From the NCBI GenBank assembly GCA_025201805.1, contig MU619376.1, positions 1-64,000 on the forward strand: a DNA stretch of 64,000 nt, given 5' to 3'. This document shows positions 24,366 to 39,000 of the stretch, piece by piece. The first letter of the stretch is position 1; each line of letters begins with the position of its first letter. A model generated the notes under the pieces. That model made no database searches and was not told where the DNA came from. It saw nothing but the letters and a program-made list of their open reading frames with translations. The translations under genes and the position numbers were made by a program. This stretch comes from Parasitella parasitica NRRL 2501. Taxonomy: Eukaryota; Fungi; Mucoromycota.

Positions 24366-26281
24366 ATGAGATTCCACCACACAACAATTACTACTGCTAT
24401 CGTTGCATTTGTCAGCTTGACATTTGCTCAGTCAGAGGGAAATACGGTGCAGCCTGGTGCGGCAGCAGCAGCAGCGTCCTCTGCTGGCGCCTATTCTTGC
24501 GATCCAAATGTCTGCAAACTCGCCAATGGTTGTGTTTGTGCATCCAAGAATCCCCCCAACGGATTAGCACCTAACGATACGCCGCAATTTGTTACGGTAA
24601 CATTTGATGACTCTATTCAACCTCAATTATACAAGACAGCAAAGCGAATGCTCAACGTCACGTAAGTTTTGGTGATTGCAACTGTATGCCAATTTAGAAC
24701 AGAGTGCCTAATCACAATTGTTAGGAATCCTAACGGTTGCTCTGGCCGCGGCACATGGTGAGAACGTAAAATATACAGCATTTATCAAACACTAAATCGA
24801 TATAGGTATGTCTCGATGCAATACACAGACTTTTCTCTAGTACAGCAATGGTACTCTTCAGGAAATGAAATCGCAGAGTAGGTGTTTGTTATCCAGTGCA
24901 AATGTATACCATCTCATTCTTGTGTAGCCACACGTTCTCTCACGTAGGCACTCCATCTGATCGTAAGTCCTTTCATGATATATATTAGAAGAAGCAAGAG
25001 TCTAACAAACGAATCTGCATCTTTCTCCTTCCCTTGCACCCCTTAAATCTGCTTGTTCTTTCAGAGGAAATAACGAGCTGCAAAGAAATGTTAAACACCT
25101 ACGGCGGTGTTCCCAATGGCAAAATCCAGGGATTCAGAGCCCCTTTCCTGAACTACACAAAAGAAACATTGAATCATTTGTCGAAATTGGGCTTCCTGTA
25201 TGATTCAAGCTCTAGTGCACTACAAGATGATGCATACTGGCCATACACGTTGGATTATGGCATGGCAAACGATTGTTGGACTGGTATCTGTGGCGCTGGC
25301 CAAACTAAATTGCCTGGCCTTTGGGAGATCCCCATGTACGCTGTTCTCGACAACATTAGCACGCCTCAACTTATGGACGTCTACATCTCTGGACAACCTG
25401 AGGATGTGACAAAATGGAGTCTTGACACATTCAACAAACATTACAATGGCGGCAGACAACCTTTTGGTATTTATGTTCATCCTAGTAAGTGGAGTCAAAT
25501 GTCGCATCCGTGAAAACAGCCCCTAATCGTCAATCAATAGCCCATTTGACTGGATATCCTGGATTGCCTGATCCTGCGCCAAAGCTGGATGGATTGGTGT
25601 CTTTAATAAAGACACTCTCCGAGAAACCAGACGTATGGTTTGTTACAAACCAGCAACTACTCCAATGGATGAAGAACCCAGTCAAAGCATCAGAGCTAGG
25701 AAAACAAGATTACATGCGTTGTGAGCAACCTGTCATTGCCAAAGAAATATGTAATGGCTTAGATGATGATAACAATGTGAACGTAGACGACGGCCTCTTG
25801 AATAGGTAGGATCGCATCTTAATTCTGGCCATGCCATATTCGTTGTATCTATATGCTAACGTCCATGCCAGTTGTAACTTTGGCACAACCACATTCAACA
25901 CTTGCTTCAACTGCCCAAGTACTGCACCCACATTAGATACACCAAAGCCAGCCACTGCTGCTCAAAACGGAACTGCTGGTTTTCGTTATCCTTTGCCCAA
26001 CGATTGCGAGTGAGTCTTTAAAAGCATTAGTCGTAAATAGCTACTAATTCACAATGATGCATAGCACGAAATGGTGGGACCCTATTGGAAACTCCTGTCT
26101 CTGCACATCAACTGAATGCCAGTATAAGGACACTGCTGTTCCAGTCAATCGCACTGCAGGCGGTAACGGTGTTGCCTCCAATGGATCTGGCTCATCCAGT
26201 GGTGCAAATAACATTATGAATAATCAATTAGAAAATGTATTCTTTATTACAGTTACACTTGTCGTATCGTTGTTATTTTAG
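24366..26281 (+). CDS. Polysaccharide/chitin deacetylase, CE4 family, secreted and probably GPI-anchored
   Basis: Signal peptide, VTFDDS, GNEIA.HT.SH, GFRAPFLN, FLYDSS, WPYTLD, PGLWEIPM, hydrophobic tail. Confidence 0.85.
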
Positions 26282-26538
26282 ACAAACATACATTTTCAAA
26301 GCAAACGCCATTATAGCAACTTTATTTTATATTCTAATTAACACACAAACACACACGATCATAAACATTTAGCTGCCCTGAACAGGCAGATTAGAGTGGC
26401 AAGCCACTGTAGTGAACCAATTCAGTAGAAGCCGTCACTGTATTCAGTATACTTGCATGCTTTTGAGCTTCTTTTTTTTTTTTTTTTTTTNNNNNNNNNN
26501 NNNNNNNNNNNNNNNNNNNNNNNNNTATACCATTCAAC

Positions 26539-28081
26539 ATGACTGAAGTTGTTGAGTATAAGGACAATGGCTTGATACAAGTGCAGCAAACTGTGGTTAT
26601 AGAAATGCCCAGCGGAAACGCTAAACTAATTGTTTTGAAGCCCAACACGTAAGTTTAAATGTGCATGCCATTGCTGATGTCAATTGTTAATTTTCTCTTG
26701 TTATAGCATGATCAACCTGGGTAAATTTGGCAGCTTTCAGTCAGACTTCTTAATAGGAAAGCCCTTTGGTTTGTCGTATGAAATTATTAGCAAGCAGGGC
26801 GAAATCCGACCTGTTGTTCACGTATCAAAAAATAGTAGCATTGGTAAATATGGTATGCTTTCAGATTGTATCGCCACTTGACATTTGCGAGTAGAAGAAA
26901 CCGCTGCCAATAATCAACTGATTATTGATGATTCCTCAAATCAGAAATTAACGCACGAACAAGTGTTGGCATTGAAAGAAAAGGGCTTGCAGGGCGAATT
27001 AGCGACCGAGGAAATTATTAAGATGATGGTCAATTCTCATTCCAGCTTTTCGAAAAAGACCGAATATTCCAAAGCGAAATACATTGAACGTAAAAAGAAA
27101 AAGTAAGCATTTTTCTTTGGAATAGGCACCATTCATAACTCTTTGTTTCAGATTCATGAAAACATTCACACCAGTCCGCCCTACAATCAACACAATCAAC
27201 GATTACTTCATCTCCAAAAACCCTGAAAAAATCAAACATATGCGCATCGATACACTTTCTCAACTACTGAGCATGGCCAATGTTCGTGCTAACTCCAAAC
27301 TGCTGGTTGTAGATGACACTCAAGGTTTGATTGTCTCATCGTGTCTCGAGAGGATGGGCGGGTATGGGCAAGTGGTGGCAATTCACGAAGGTGACCATCA
27401 CAACTACGATCTTTTACGATACATGAATCTCTCGAAATCCGCACAAAGTATATTGTATCCCGTACCCATGACTATGATAGACCAAAGCATACCAAACGGT
27501 AAGAATGAATTGAACTGCAGTAAATGATGCTGATGAAATCGGTAGATTCGTTCGAGATTTTAACAGATGAGCAAGTGTTGCAATTATCAAGAAATGAAAC
27601 GACTTCTTACGGCAGACGTAAAGCAGCTTGGCAAAATCGAGTGAAATGCAGAAAGGCATTGCATGATGGGAATTTTGATGGCCTCATCGTATCATCTTCG
27701 TTCCAACCCGAGACAGTCATCAAGGAGTTGATGCAATACGTCAATGGGTCAAGGCCTGTCGTGGTGTACAGTTTCAACAAGGAAGCCCTATTACAGACAG
27801 CATACTGGATGCGTAGATCAAGGGACTTTTTAAATGCAGAATTGACGGAAAGTAGTATGCGTCAGTACCAGGTCTTGCCAGGACGTATGCACCCCAATAT
27901 GAACATGAGCTGTGGTGGCGGCTACTTGTTATCTGCACTCCGTGTTATTGATTGTCCGTTCGATCCATCTCTTGTCAAAAAGAGCGCTGACGACGGCAAT
28001 GATAGAAGGTCAAGAAAGAAAAAATGTTTGCCTGCCATCAACGATGGCGAAGAACAAGACCAGGAGCAAGAAGCAAACTAG
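26539..28081 (+). CDS. TRM6: tRNA (adenine-58-N1)-methyltransferase non-catalytic subunit
   Basis: NLGKFGSF, NQKLT.E...LK, FSKKTEYSKAKY, RIDTLSQLL, RQYQVLPGRMHPNM..GGGYLL. Confidence 0.9.
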
Positions 28082-28296
28082 ACTTAAATATTTATAAATG
28101 TACAATAAAATTTGCACTAGGTATTACTAGGTATTCCTTATTGGGTGCCTTGCTGAAAGAACAAGCGAGAAGGAATTGTTAGTGACGATGTTTTAACTGG
28201 TGTCAAAGAAAATCAAAATTTTCGAGAACATGTTTGCTTTGCCTTACTTTTCCCCCTTTTTTCTTTCTTTCATTCAAATACATCATATTATACAAC

Positions 28297-30301
28297 ATGG
28301 CGCCTTCATCTATGATGGTAAGTATCTGCGAAATTGTCAATACCCTCAATTTCATCGAGCGAATACACAGAAAAGGGGAAAAGACTCGACACAGAAATAT
28401 ATACAGCACGGCATGTTGGATCTGTGAAAACAAGCAAAGCCCAACATGACGCGTTTAGCTGATTCCCCGTTTTCAAACGCCAAAGCCAAAAAATTTCTGT
28501 GTTTTGTCTGATCCCTATATATCCTGGGTGAATATTAATCATATGTTTTGTTACTATAGCAACCACAAATCATCTTGCTAAAAGAGGGAACTGACACATC
28601 TCAAGGTAAAGGCCAGCTCCTCTCCAACATCAACGCTTGTGCAGCAGTCGTCGATACCGTAAGAACTACCTTGGGCCCCAGAGGTATGGATAAGCTCATG
28701 GTCGATAGCAGAGGCCAAGTGACTATCTCCAATGACGGCGCTACCATCATGAAATTACTGGATATTGTGCATCCTGCTGCAAAGACTTTGGTCGACATTG
28801 CTCGTTCTCAAGATGCCGAGGTAGGAAACGGGGAAATCAAAAAGATATGCTTATATATTGATCAATGAATGAAAGGTTGGTGATGGTACTACCAGTGTCG
28901 TCTTGCTTGCTGGTGAATTGTTAAAGGAAATCAAGGGTTATATTGAAGAGGGTGTTAGTCCTCATGTCATTATTAAGGGCTACAGAGCTGCCGCCCGTTT
29001 GGCTATTAACAAAGTAAAGGAATTGGCTGTCAAAATCGATAAAAATAATGAAGTGTAAGTCTACTGCTGCTTGTTTACTTGATAAATCTAACGTTGTGCA
29101 CAGTGAGTTCCGTGATTTACTCTCCAAATGCGCTTCTACTGCTATGAACTCCAAGCTCATCTACTCTCAAAAAGATTTTTTCACAAAGATGGTGGTTGAT
29201 GCAGTCATGTCTCTGGACCAAGAAACACTGAACGAACGGTTGATTGGTATCAAGCGTGTTCCTGGCGGTGCTATGCAGGATTCTGTTCTTGTTAGAGGCG
29301 TTGCTTTCAAAAAGACCTTTGCATATGCTGGCTTTGAACAGCAGCCCAAATCATTCAAAACTCCCAAGGTGCTCTGTCTCAACGTTGAACTGGAGCTGAA
29401 GGCGGAGAAGGATAATGCTGAAGTTCGTGTAGAGGAAGTCTCTGAATACCAAGCTATTGTAGATGCTGAATGGCAGATCATTTTCCAAAAGTTGGAGGCT
29501 ATCGTTGCTAGTGGCGCCAAGGTTGTCTTATCCAAGTTGCCCATTGGTGATTTAGCCACCCAATACTTTGCTGATCGCGACATTTTCTGTGCTGGTCGTG
29601 TTGCCAAGGATGACATGGATCGCGTCGTTCAAGCCGTCGGCGGTTCTGTTCAATCTACTTGCTCGGATTTGCGTACTGAACATCTTGGCCAGTGTGAATC
29701 GTTTGAGGAGAGACAAGTAGGCGGCGAGCGCTTCAATATCTTTGAAGGCTGTCCCCAAGCAAAAACTTGTACTCTTATTCTTCGCGGTGGTGCCGAGCAA
29801 TTCATTGCCGAAGTCGAACGATCTCTCCATGATGCTATTATGATTGTTAGACGTGCTATTAAGAACAATCTGGTTGTTGCTGGCGGTGGAGCTACTGAAA
29901 TGGAGCTTTCCAAATACCTCCGTGTCCATTCTCGTACCATTGAAGGAAAGCAGCAGCTCATCATTGGCGCCTATGCAAAGGCATTTGAAGTTATTCCTAG
30001 ACAATTGTGTGACAATGCTGGTTTTGATGCTACTGACATTCTGAACAAGTTGAGAATGAAGCATGCTCAAGGTGGCGTCTGGTACGGTGTTGATATCAAT
30101 AATGAAACCATTGCAGATAACTATGAGGCATTTGTCTGGGAGCCTGCACTTGTAAAGACAAATGCGATCGCTGCTGCCACGGAGGCTGCTTGTTTGATTT
30201 TGTCTGTTGACGAAACTATAAAGAATGCTCCAAGTGAAAAGCCCCAAGCAGGTCCAATGCCTGGTGGTGCTGGACGTGGTCGTGGTATGCCCAGACGATA
30301 A
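28297..30301 (+). CDS. CCT7: T-complex protein 1 subunit eta
   Basis: [73 protein letters not shown]. Confidence 0.95.
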
Positions 30302-31789
30302 ACCATCTGCTGTTGTTCTCTTCCCACTATTTTATATATTTTTTTTTTTCTCTCCTATCAAAAGCAAAGAAATCTGAATGCCCCCCTTCTACATTCCCTA
30401 TTTTGTTTGATTAATAAAAACATGCTTTTTAAGTAATGCCTAGTCTCAAAAATCAAGAACTGCTCAAGATGTTTAAAGCCTTATTTACAGCAGTTCAAAA
30501 TGATGATCTCTTTGATGATAGTCATATGATCTATATACGACAGTATAATATATAACACGTCCGTTTTTCCAGAATAAACTTCATTTGTACTTGGCAGAGA
30601 TGCGTGTAGGCATAAATATCTGGTTGTTCTCTAATCTGGTAATGTATGTCATATTGTGTCCCTCCACTAGAAAAGCAAACAATACGACATAGGCCCAGAA
30701 CGGTCTTTTGATATTACAAAAATCGTATACTTCTCAAGCACCATTTATATACTTTCATTATTCAGGTAACTGCAATTGCTAGTTCAAATACTTGATGTGT
30801 TGTTAATGCATCGTTTTGTCGTAAGTACATATACACTAGTTCCTGATTTTATACAAAGACTGAGAATTGTGCATGATTGTGAAACGTGCGCTTTTTTTAT
30901 GTGATAAAGAATCTGTTTCAAGGATATTGATGAAGACAAGAAATGGTCTATACTCCTCTCAAAATATAGAGAAAGTCTATTAGGACGAAGACGTCATAAA
31001 AGAGGCTCTATAAGTGCTTGTCATGAAAGTGGAAGAAGAAGATGTCGAGTTATTAAGTGCTTTTAACAAAGACGAAGAATTGAAAGAAGAATTTTTGGCT
31101 AATTAACCTTGAGTAAAGAGAGGTAAAGCTGGTGAAATAGTAGTAGGAAGGGCGTATTTTAAAATACACATGGCCATCGCTATCAGTGACAACAAAACTA
31201 CTACTACCACTACAACACTAAGGGGTGTCAACGAGAGCATAAATTCATCAGGATAATAATCATATAATCTTGTAATAATCGTAACAGCAGCAACAGCAGC
31301 ACCACAAAAGCAAATAATGTTAGTAGTAACAATACACAACAACTAAATGGTATGTGGGTGGAGCAATAGCAGCAAAAATAATGACGAAAGAGTAGGCGTG
31401 AAGGTATGTTCATCAGCGTTATCTTGTATTATTAATAGCCACAATAGATAGATTGTAGAGAGAAGGATCCGATGCTGAAACCATTACAAAAACTGCCTTC
31501 ATAAGAATAGTGTTATAAAGGCTAGGAAGAATAATCATCGCAAAACCTTGCGCACCAGCACTGCCACAAACAGCAACAGTGTATCAGCAGTGGTAGACAT
31601 AATAAAAGACTTAAGGGAAAGAATGCATCTTTAATTATTATGGTTGTTATACAAGAATTTTTTTTAAGAACAACGGTGAAGCCCTCATTACGACAGCACG
31701 ACTCATAGCAACATTAACGCCTACAGAAAGGTGGGATAAAAGTTATATTCGTTATAATATAATCAGATTGGAAATAATGTGAGTAATTT

Positions 31790-31960
31790 AATAGGCAAAT
31801 TGCTTTATAACTGTCACGGGATAGTTGTCAGAACAGCAAAAGGTTTCCTACGGAACTAGGATATACACGGTGTATATTTTATAGGTTGATTTGGGGCAAG
31901 CAATAGCATTGAAACCAACGACTTGCTAAAAAAAATCTTATCTGAATGCCATTACAGAAT
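31790..31960 (+). pseudogene. Possible highly degenerate gag zinc-knuckle / aspartic protease remnant
   Basis: Frameshifted CF.NCHG-like and VDLGASN-like motifs only. Confidence 0.2.
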
Positions 31961-34097
31961 GTCGATTTAGATTTTTTATCAACTTGTCTCTTGCACATGA
32001 TGACTATTAGTATTAATATTCTAGTACAAATCTCATCTTATCCCAATTTTTAAGACAGAAAAACAACCATACAAATCAGGGTACCTAAGGCTTAATCAAT
32101 TAGTATACTCATGAGTGTGAAGGCAAATTACTGCCTCACTGCAGATTATACTAAACAATTCTACTACTACAAATCTTATTGATACATTTATTAGTTTGAA
32201 GCTGGTTTACACACGTCAAGTCATTCGAGAACAATAACATTGATAACTAGCACTGATTTAAAAAGATTGGATATAAAAAACGTGTTACAGTGCGCTATGG
32301 TGTTTGTGATAATATATTTTAGAGTCTTTGGAAACAAACCTTTTATTTCTGATAAAAGTCAAGTTTTTGAGAGAAGAGAAATGTCTTCCTTAAAATTTTT
32401 AAAGTGTGGATTTCGATATTTAAAGAAATAGAGTAATTACTTTGTTCATTCATAATGGAAATACAAAGTGAATGTTTTGTGAAACAAGCCATCTACATCA
32501 TATCTTTAAGTTCAAGGTAGTCTTTAAAAAAGGTTACGGTTGTCTATTGACAGACATCAGTGATTCTGGGTTCTTGTAAATCCAGTCGCACAGCAGAACA
32601 GCTAGTCAAAAATGTGCCATCTTTTCCATAATATTGGAATGGTTCAAAAGTGTGTGTCTTTGCAAAAGCCAGCGTAGATTTTTAGACGTCTAATTTTTAT
32701 TTTTTTTTATTTTTTGGTCTACGCGAACTTCTGTGTAGTATTGTCAGAAAAAAAGACAAAAATTGTAAGAAAACAAAGTTTAACGATTTCAAAAACAAAA
32801 AAGAGTAGTTCAAAGTAATGCATTAGACTATAAGGAAGCTTTGATTGCATATTTGCATATCTTAGAGAAAGTTTTTGTGCTCTTTGAGTTGAAATCAGAT
32901 GAAGGTAATGAGTTTTTTTTCGGAAAAGTATTTTTCAAAATCGGAGCGTGAGACTGTCAGGCCAGGTAAAAGCATGCAAGTACTACCATTAGAGAGCTAA
33001 GAAGCACATTATTAAAAAAAAACTAAATTACAATTGCTTTTCTTTTGAATTGGGTAAGATATGGCTTCTCAAAGCTAATGCTTTCCTTAAAAAAACACTA
33101 TTCTTCTTCAATAGCGGAGATTAAACGCGTCCAAAATCAGGAAGGAAAAAATTCTTTCAGAAACTCCATTTGGATAATTAGAAAACAAAATTGCTTCTTT
33201 AAGGCAAGACATCATCCTCTGATACTATGCATACCACGGCTGTCAGTCTATGATAATAGCTGTCTTTTTGGACGCTCTACATGCTGGTATCATTTCATAA
33301 TTCCCGTATACTTATGGAATGAATTACGTCTAGAAAACTTCAAAAACAAATCAAGAGGAAAAGTCAATATTTTGCTTAATAAAAGCGTATTTCCAGTCTC
33401 TCAGAACAAAGAATGGTCTCTTACGATCATTTTTCTCCAATACATGTTATAGTAAAAAGTTGCATTTTTGAGGTCAAAATCGAGAATAATGCATAATCAA
33501 TGATTTTGAATGGGTGGATACAAGAGAAAAATCGAAAAAATCCGTCATTTTGCGTTAAAAAAAAAATCATGCTCAAATTGTACCAAAATTAGATATAGTA
33601 TAGTTCCTTCGCACTGGATACTATTTTTGGTGTTTTCAGGGCACTTTTGATTATGAAAATCAATCAAAAAATGGCATATAAGCTGTAAAAAATATTCTTC
33701 TGGAGATAATATCATGTTAATATCAATTTTAGTACATAATAGAGCTCTATGAAGTGAGTAATTTTGATCCCACAAGTATACCTTTCTTTATAGTAGTTTG
33801 ATAAAACAGGTGTGGCTCATTGAGTTGGAAGCAGAAGAGAATAATTAATGAATACAATGTTTTGTTGTAATAACCCCTTGATATTTGTGAATTATTCATA
33901 AATTGCTAATTGCTAGTGACAGAGAAGCCCTATTACCATTGATGCTTATAATAGTGCTTAATGTCAGTTCGAAAGTCTCTTTTTTCGTGATTCTAATGCT
34001 GAACATGTAAAATAAAAAGTAGAATTGAGGGTAGAATTGAGGTTGCGGGTAATTTTACTAACAAAGGTTAATGCTTCATGATAGGCTTCTGGTAGAT

Positions 34098-34165
34098 TTC
34101 AGGTACCAGGTTCCAGGCTCCAGGCTCCAGGCTCCAGGCTCCAGGCTCCAGGCTCCAGGCTCCAG
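34098..34165 (+). repeat. Tandem 7-mer minisatellite (CTCCAGG)n
   Basis: About 7 perfect units plus degenerate 5' units. Confidence 0.9.
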
Positions 34166-35228
34166 TTACTGTACTGTAAAGTATCAAATTCTAAATAGGG
34201 GACAACTTGCTATACCAAACATATTTTTGTACACCAACTGTTTCTTTATAACGAGTCTTGACTGTATATTTTTTCCTTGATATTGTATGTGCTGACTTCA
34301 CTCAACAGATGTAACATAAAATGATAATGCGAAATTATAAAAATAAAGATTGCCATTGACTAAATCTACTATGATTTTTCATTGTGTAAATGCATAATTT
34401 GACGGATACGTACATTTCAATGCCTTAATAGTATATGCAGTTTAATACTTTGACACTTTGATGGTTCTGTGGTTCTATGGATTAATTTTAATACCTATGC
34501 AGTTCTATAGACTAGTCTAAATATTTGAGCTTATTTAGATGTCTAATATCTAAAGGATATATCTGAAATAGTTTATCAATTATAAAATTCAATCAATTTT
34601 GAATTGTGGCCTGTTAGGTATCTGAAGTACATGTCGTTAATTTCGTATATATTATCACAAACACTGTGACATTTACCAATTACTTGAACTTTTTTTTTCA
34701 AAAACCATAAAAAGACCGTATACGCCATGAGCTCCTTTTTCTTCTTTCGTTCTTTTGACCACATTAAGCACAATGAGTATATTTTCTTGGTAACATAAAG
34801 AGCTATTGTGCTGCAGAGCTTCCTATTAACTTTCTATGCGTCTCCAAACAACCAAAATAGGAAAGCTATTGAGTGGCTAGAAAAATACAACACTGCCATT
34901 GGTTTTTTTTTTTATTTTATTAAAGGAGGATATCTGTCCAAAAACAAGGTCGTCGCTGAAGAAGAGTTTAGGGTAGCAGTTGAGAGTTTGAAAGAGAAAG
35001 GGGACAACGATGTGAAAAGATGGGCTAGCTAAAAAATAAAGTATAGTTAAATCATTTTTAGGTAACCGTCAGAGCAGACAAAATTTACCAGCCGCATCAT
35101 ATTAGAATACACGTTCATCAAGGGGGTTTGAATGAAACAGATACATGCTTCAAGTCACGATAATGGTGAGAGGGTCCATCTCCTCTTCAACAAAAGTTCT
35201 TCGTAAACTGACTTTTGTATACCAACGT

Positions 35229-35708
35229 ATGATATTAGGCATAGGGGTCGATATTGTGCATTTACCACGTATTGCTGCCTTGATTTCAAGACGAGGAAGT
35301 GATCAACTTGCTAAACGTATACTGAGCCCAACAGAATATACTGAATTCCAAACGAAATACAGTGTTGAAAATAGCAATCAATTAAGATTTTTGGGATCCA
35401 GGCAAGTTGCATTTATTTGTTGGTTTCGTGTGAGACGCCAATTAACAGTCGATAGATGGTGTATTAAAGAAGCTGTATACAAAGCCTTATACCCAATCCA
35501 TAAACTAGAATGGAAACAAGTTACTGTATTCAAAATGGCTGGTAATATGATGACACTGCCATACCTATGTATAAATATCCCTAATGCCTATATAGGGAAG
35601 CCGTATTTAAGCATCATAAATGGCAATGTATATGGTATACGTAAAGCGCATGTATCACTATCGCATGATGGACACTACGCTATAGCCCAGGTTATTCTTG
35701 AAAGTTAA
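35229..35708 (+). CDS. AcpS-type 4'-phosphopantetheinyl transferase (holo-ACP synthase, PPT2-like)
   Basis: MILGIGVDIV, RWCIKEAVYKA, GKP, VSLSHDGHYAIAQV. Two in-frame introns. Confidence 0.9.
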   Translation: MILGIGVDIVHLPRIAALISRRGSDQLAKRILSPTEYTEFQTKYSVENSNQLRFLGSRQVAFICWFRVRRQLTVDRWCIKEAVYKALYPIHKLEWKQVTVFKMAGNMMTLPYLCINIPNAYIGKPYLSIINGNVYGIRKAHVSLSHDGHYAIAQVILES

Positions 35709-36068
35709 AAAGAATCCCGATCCTATTTTTATCTCGAGTTACAGCACCATTTTAGGTTATTTTGCCTTCCTTTTTGTACATGATAATAAAGCGTTGTAAT
35801 TATTCTGCTAGCTGAAGATGTGTACATTGATTTTTGATCTTTTTTTTCTTCTTCTCTCTTTTCTAATATTAAGATAGTTCCCCCTTTTTTTCCCTCCTTT
35901 TTTTTTTCTTTTTCCTTTGGTTTTCTTGCAGTAGCAGCTTAGTTTATTCTTTTATTCTTTATTTCCTTGTATGAAAAGTATATCGATTGTAAATCAACAC
36001 ATACACTCAACACAATAACCATAGCAACAAAGAACAAAGGGAAGATCGCCACAGAAACAGAGCAAATC

Positions 36069-39000
36069 ATGTCACAACAAGCTACGCCGACAACCACCAC
36101 TGCAACTAGTCATACAGACAATACATCAGTAGTTACAAGTGTTAAACACGCACTGGTTTGTTCAAAATGTAATTTGCCTTTAGGCGATCAACTTGTAAGA
36201 GCTTTAGAAGGTGCATTTCATCCAGAATGCTTTACATGCTGGGTAAGACATTGAGTAGGTATATAGAACGTATGTACTCACAGATACATAGGACTGTAAT
36301 ACACCAGTAGCATCAAGATACTTACCCCATCCAACTGAAATTGGCCAGCCATTATGTGAAAGAGATTATTTCAGAAAGTTGGGTCTTGTATGCGCTCAAT
36401 GTAATGAAGCTTTACGTGGAACATACATTATCGCATTAGATAAAAAATATCATACAAATCATTTCACATGTAATGATTGTTCAACTGTATTTGGGCCTGA
36501 CGATTCCTATTACGAACATGACTCAAAAGTGTACTGTCATTTTCACTATTCTACTCGATTCGCTGTTGCTTGTGCTGGATGCGACATGTCAATATTGAAG
36601 CAGTATGTGGAAATTGAAAGGAATGACAAAGTCGATCACTGGCACCCAGAATGCTACATGATTCAAAAGTTTTGGAGTGTGAAAATTGCCTACCCTTCAC
36701 ACAAAGAAGATGACTCTGTTATTTTTAGAGGTAGATGTCATCCATCCTTATCATTCAATATAATGTATTGATCTGTAAATTATAGAATACAAACCAGAGA
36801 CTCCACCAGAACTGCTCAAGTCGCAAAAAGAGATGGAAGAAAAGGTGATTAGTATATGGTCTGTACTGTCAGCCTTTGAAGGTATTTTTGCTTTGTTTTT
36901 TTTTCTTTTGTGTCAAATCAGTCGCATGTATTCTGATGTATTCTGATTCCACATACTTTTCCTATAGAATCGTCGGCTGTTTGTATCTCTGAAATGCTGC
37001 TTCATGTGTCTAATGGTGCTTATATCGAGAGTATATGTCTTTCAGAGAGATTCCTTGTGCATGTCGAAGCATTGTTTGCTGGGATCGACAAGATACAGTC
37101 AGTTTATCAAGAATACGAGCAACCTGATTTTAAATACACAAGAGAAGCCAAGATGCTGTGTAAAAAGATTATCAATTTCTTTTCATTATTATCAAGAACT
37201 GGAGACATGGAAATGAAAAAGCTGGGTATAACGCAAGAGCTACTCTCCCTCGTTACTGGATTAGCGCATTACCTCAAGATTCTGATTCGATTAGCGCTGA
37301 CCTCTGCTTTACGTTTGGTAAGCTTATTTATAAACTGTCCAAGTGATGTACTCACTGCTGCTATTTATAGGAAATCACTGTTGGGAAACCTGTAGTCGTT
37401 TCTCGCCTACTTGCCAAGTTGATGGAGATCCCCGGCAAAGAAAGATATAGCCGGGATTGCCAGCGTTTGATTAAAGCGAAAAACACAGATTTCTGCTATT
37501 CGTGTCGAAACACAATCGAGGACCAATGTATGAGGTATGGCGACTATAGATGGCATATGGCTTGCTTCAAGTGCAGACAATGTTCTCGCCAACTGAACCG
37601 TGATTATGCTGTATTCAATTCTGCCTCATGTACGACTCACTGCATCCAGTGCGCTGGAGTGCCAAACGGAGAAGCGACTCCATTTGAATATATCACAAAA
37701 CTTACTCAATATAGTTTCCTACTGAGAGTTGCGCTTAGCAGACTCTGTAACTTGCTTCAGATTACAGGTACAGTGTATTTTGACCCTCTTTTTTTTTTAT
37801 GTTTTCTAACGTTTTTTTTTTTTTTTTTTCTGTAAATCATGTCAGATATGCAGCTATCTTCAGTCGACTACTCGTCAAAAGTCAAGCCAAGTAACAGCAA
37901 TAATAACATAATAAAGGACGCCGTGCAATTGTCTCCTTCAGCCGAAAAACAACTGACCCTGATGACAGACGACAAATTCTATCCCACCGAAATCATCGAT
38001 GCTAGAGATACAGTATCATCTTCAACGACTCACTTGGACAGGAAAGTCTCAAGATCATTCAAATCGGCAAACAAACGCTCTACTATTCTCGGTAATGCGG
38101 ATCTGGCTGCTTCACTAAAAACACAGCCTCAGTCAACCGCCTCAAACGACACCAGAGCCATGCCACCTGCTCGTATGGACAGTTTGCAGCGTGGCAGACT
38201 TGGCCGATCAAGTCCAGGAGCCGATCAACACAAAGACCTGCCTGACTTGCCTGACTCTAGAAACAACAACGCTACTCGCCACAAAGCAACTCGCAGTGTA
38301 GGCTTGGACGATCTACCTCAGTTGGCTGCTGCCGCTGTTGCCTCTAAAAAACACATGATGACAAATCTGCCCCACAGCATTCATATCACGACAGGCGCAT
38401 CAGGCAGGCCACGTATATTTCTGTCTGAACTCTCAGCATTGCAATACATGATCATTCGTTATGTCGCCGTTGTGCAAATCGAACAATACGTCAAATCTTC
38501 ATTCTCGTCAAGCGAATTGCTCAACTTGGTTGAATTCAAAAAATCATCCATCTGGGGCAAGTTTTTCATTCCATTCAAAAACAAAAAGAATTACGGGCCA
38601 AAAGCTAAGGAGGAAGGAACTTTTGGTGTTCCATTGGATGTATTGACTGAAAGAACCGGCGTGGAATCCAACCTGGGCTCTGGCCATTCTCCATTGAAAT
38701 TAGCCTCGTTCATCGATGACGCTATTACCGCCATGAGGCAGATGGACATGACTGTAGAAGGCGTGTTTAGAAAGAACGGCAACATCAGACGTTTGAATGA
38801 ACTGGTTGATGCTCTGGATAAAAACGCAAGTGATGTGGATCTGACGCAAGAAAATGCCATCCAAGTTGCGGCCCTGCTCAAGAGGTTTCTCCGTGATCTA
38901 CCGGATCCGCTATTAACACATCGACTGCACCCTTTATTCATGTGTGCAGAGCGTAAGTTGAGCATGGAACTCTAGTTGCGCCATTATTCATATTGACGGC

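Noticed and set aside
29167-30247. Long antisense ORFs over CCT7 (and similar ones over other genes)
   Set aside because: Shadow frames of conserved coding sequence.
34098-34165. (CTCCAGG)n as a CRISPR-like or coding repeat
   Set aside because: Simple tandem repeat without spacers in a eukaryotic intergenic region.
34808-35032. Possible Sel1-like repeat remnant (KAIEWLEK)
   Set aside because: A single weak motif with no credible gene structure.
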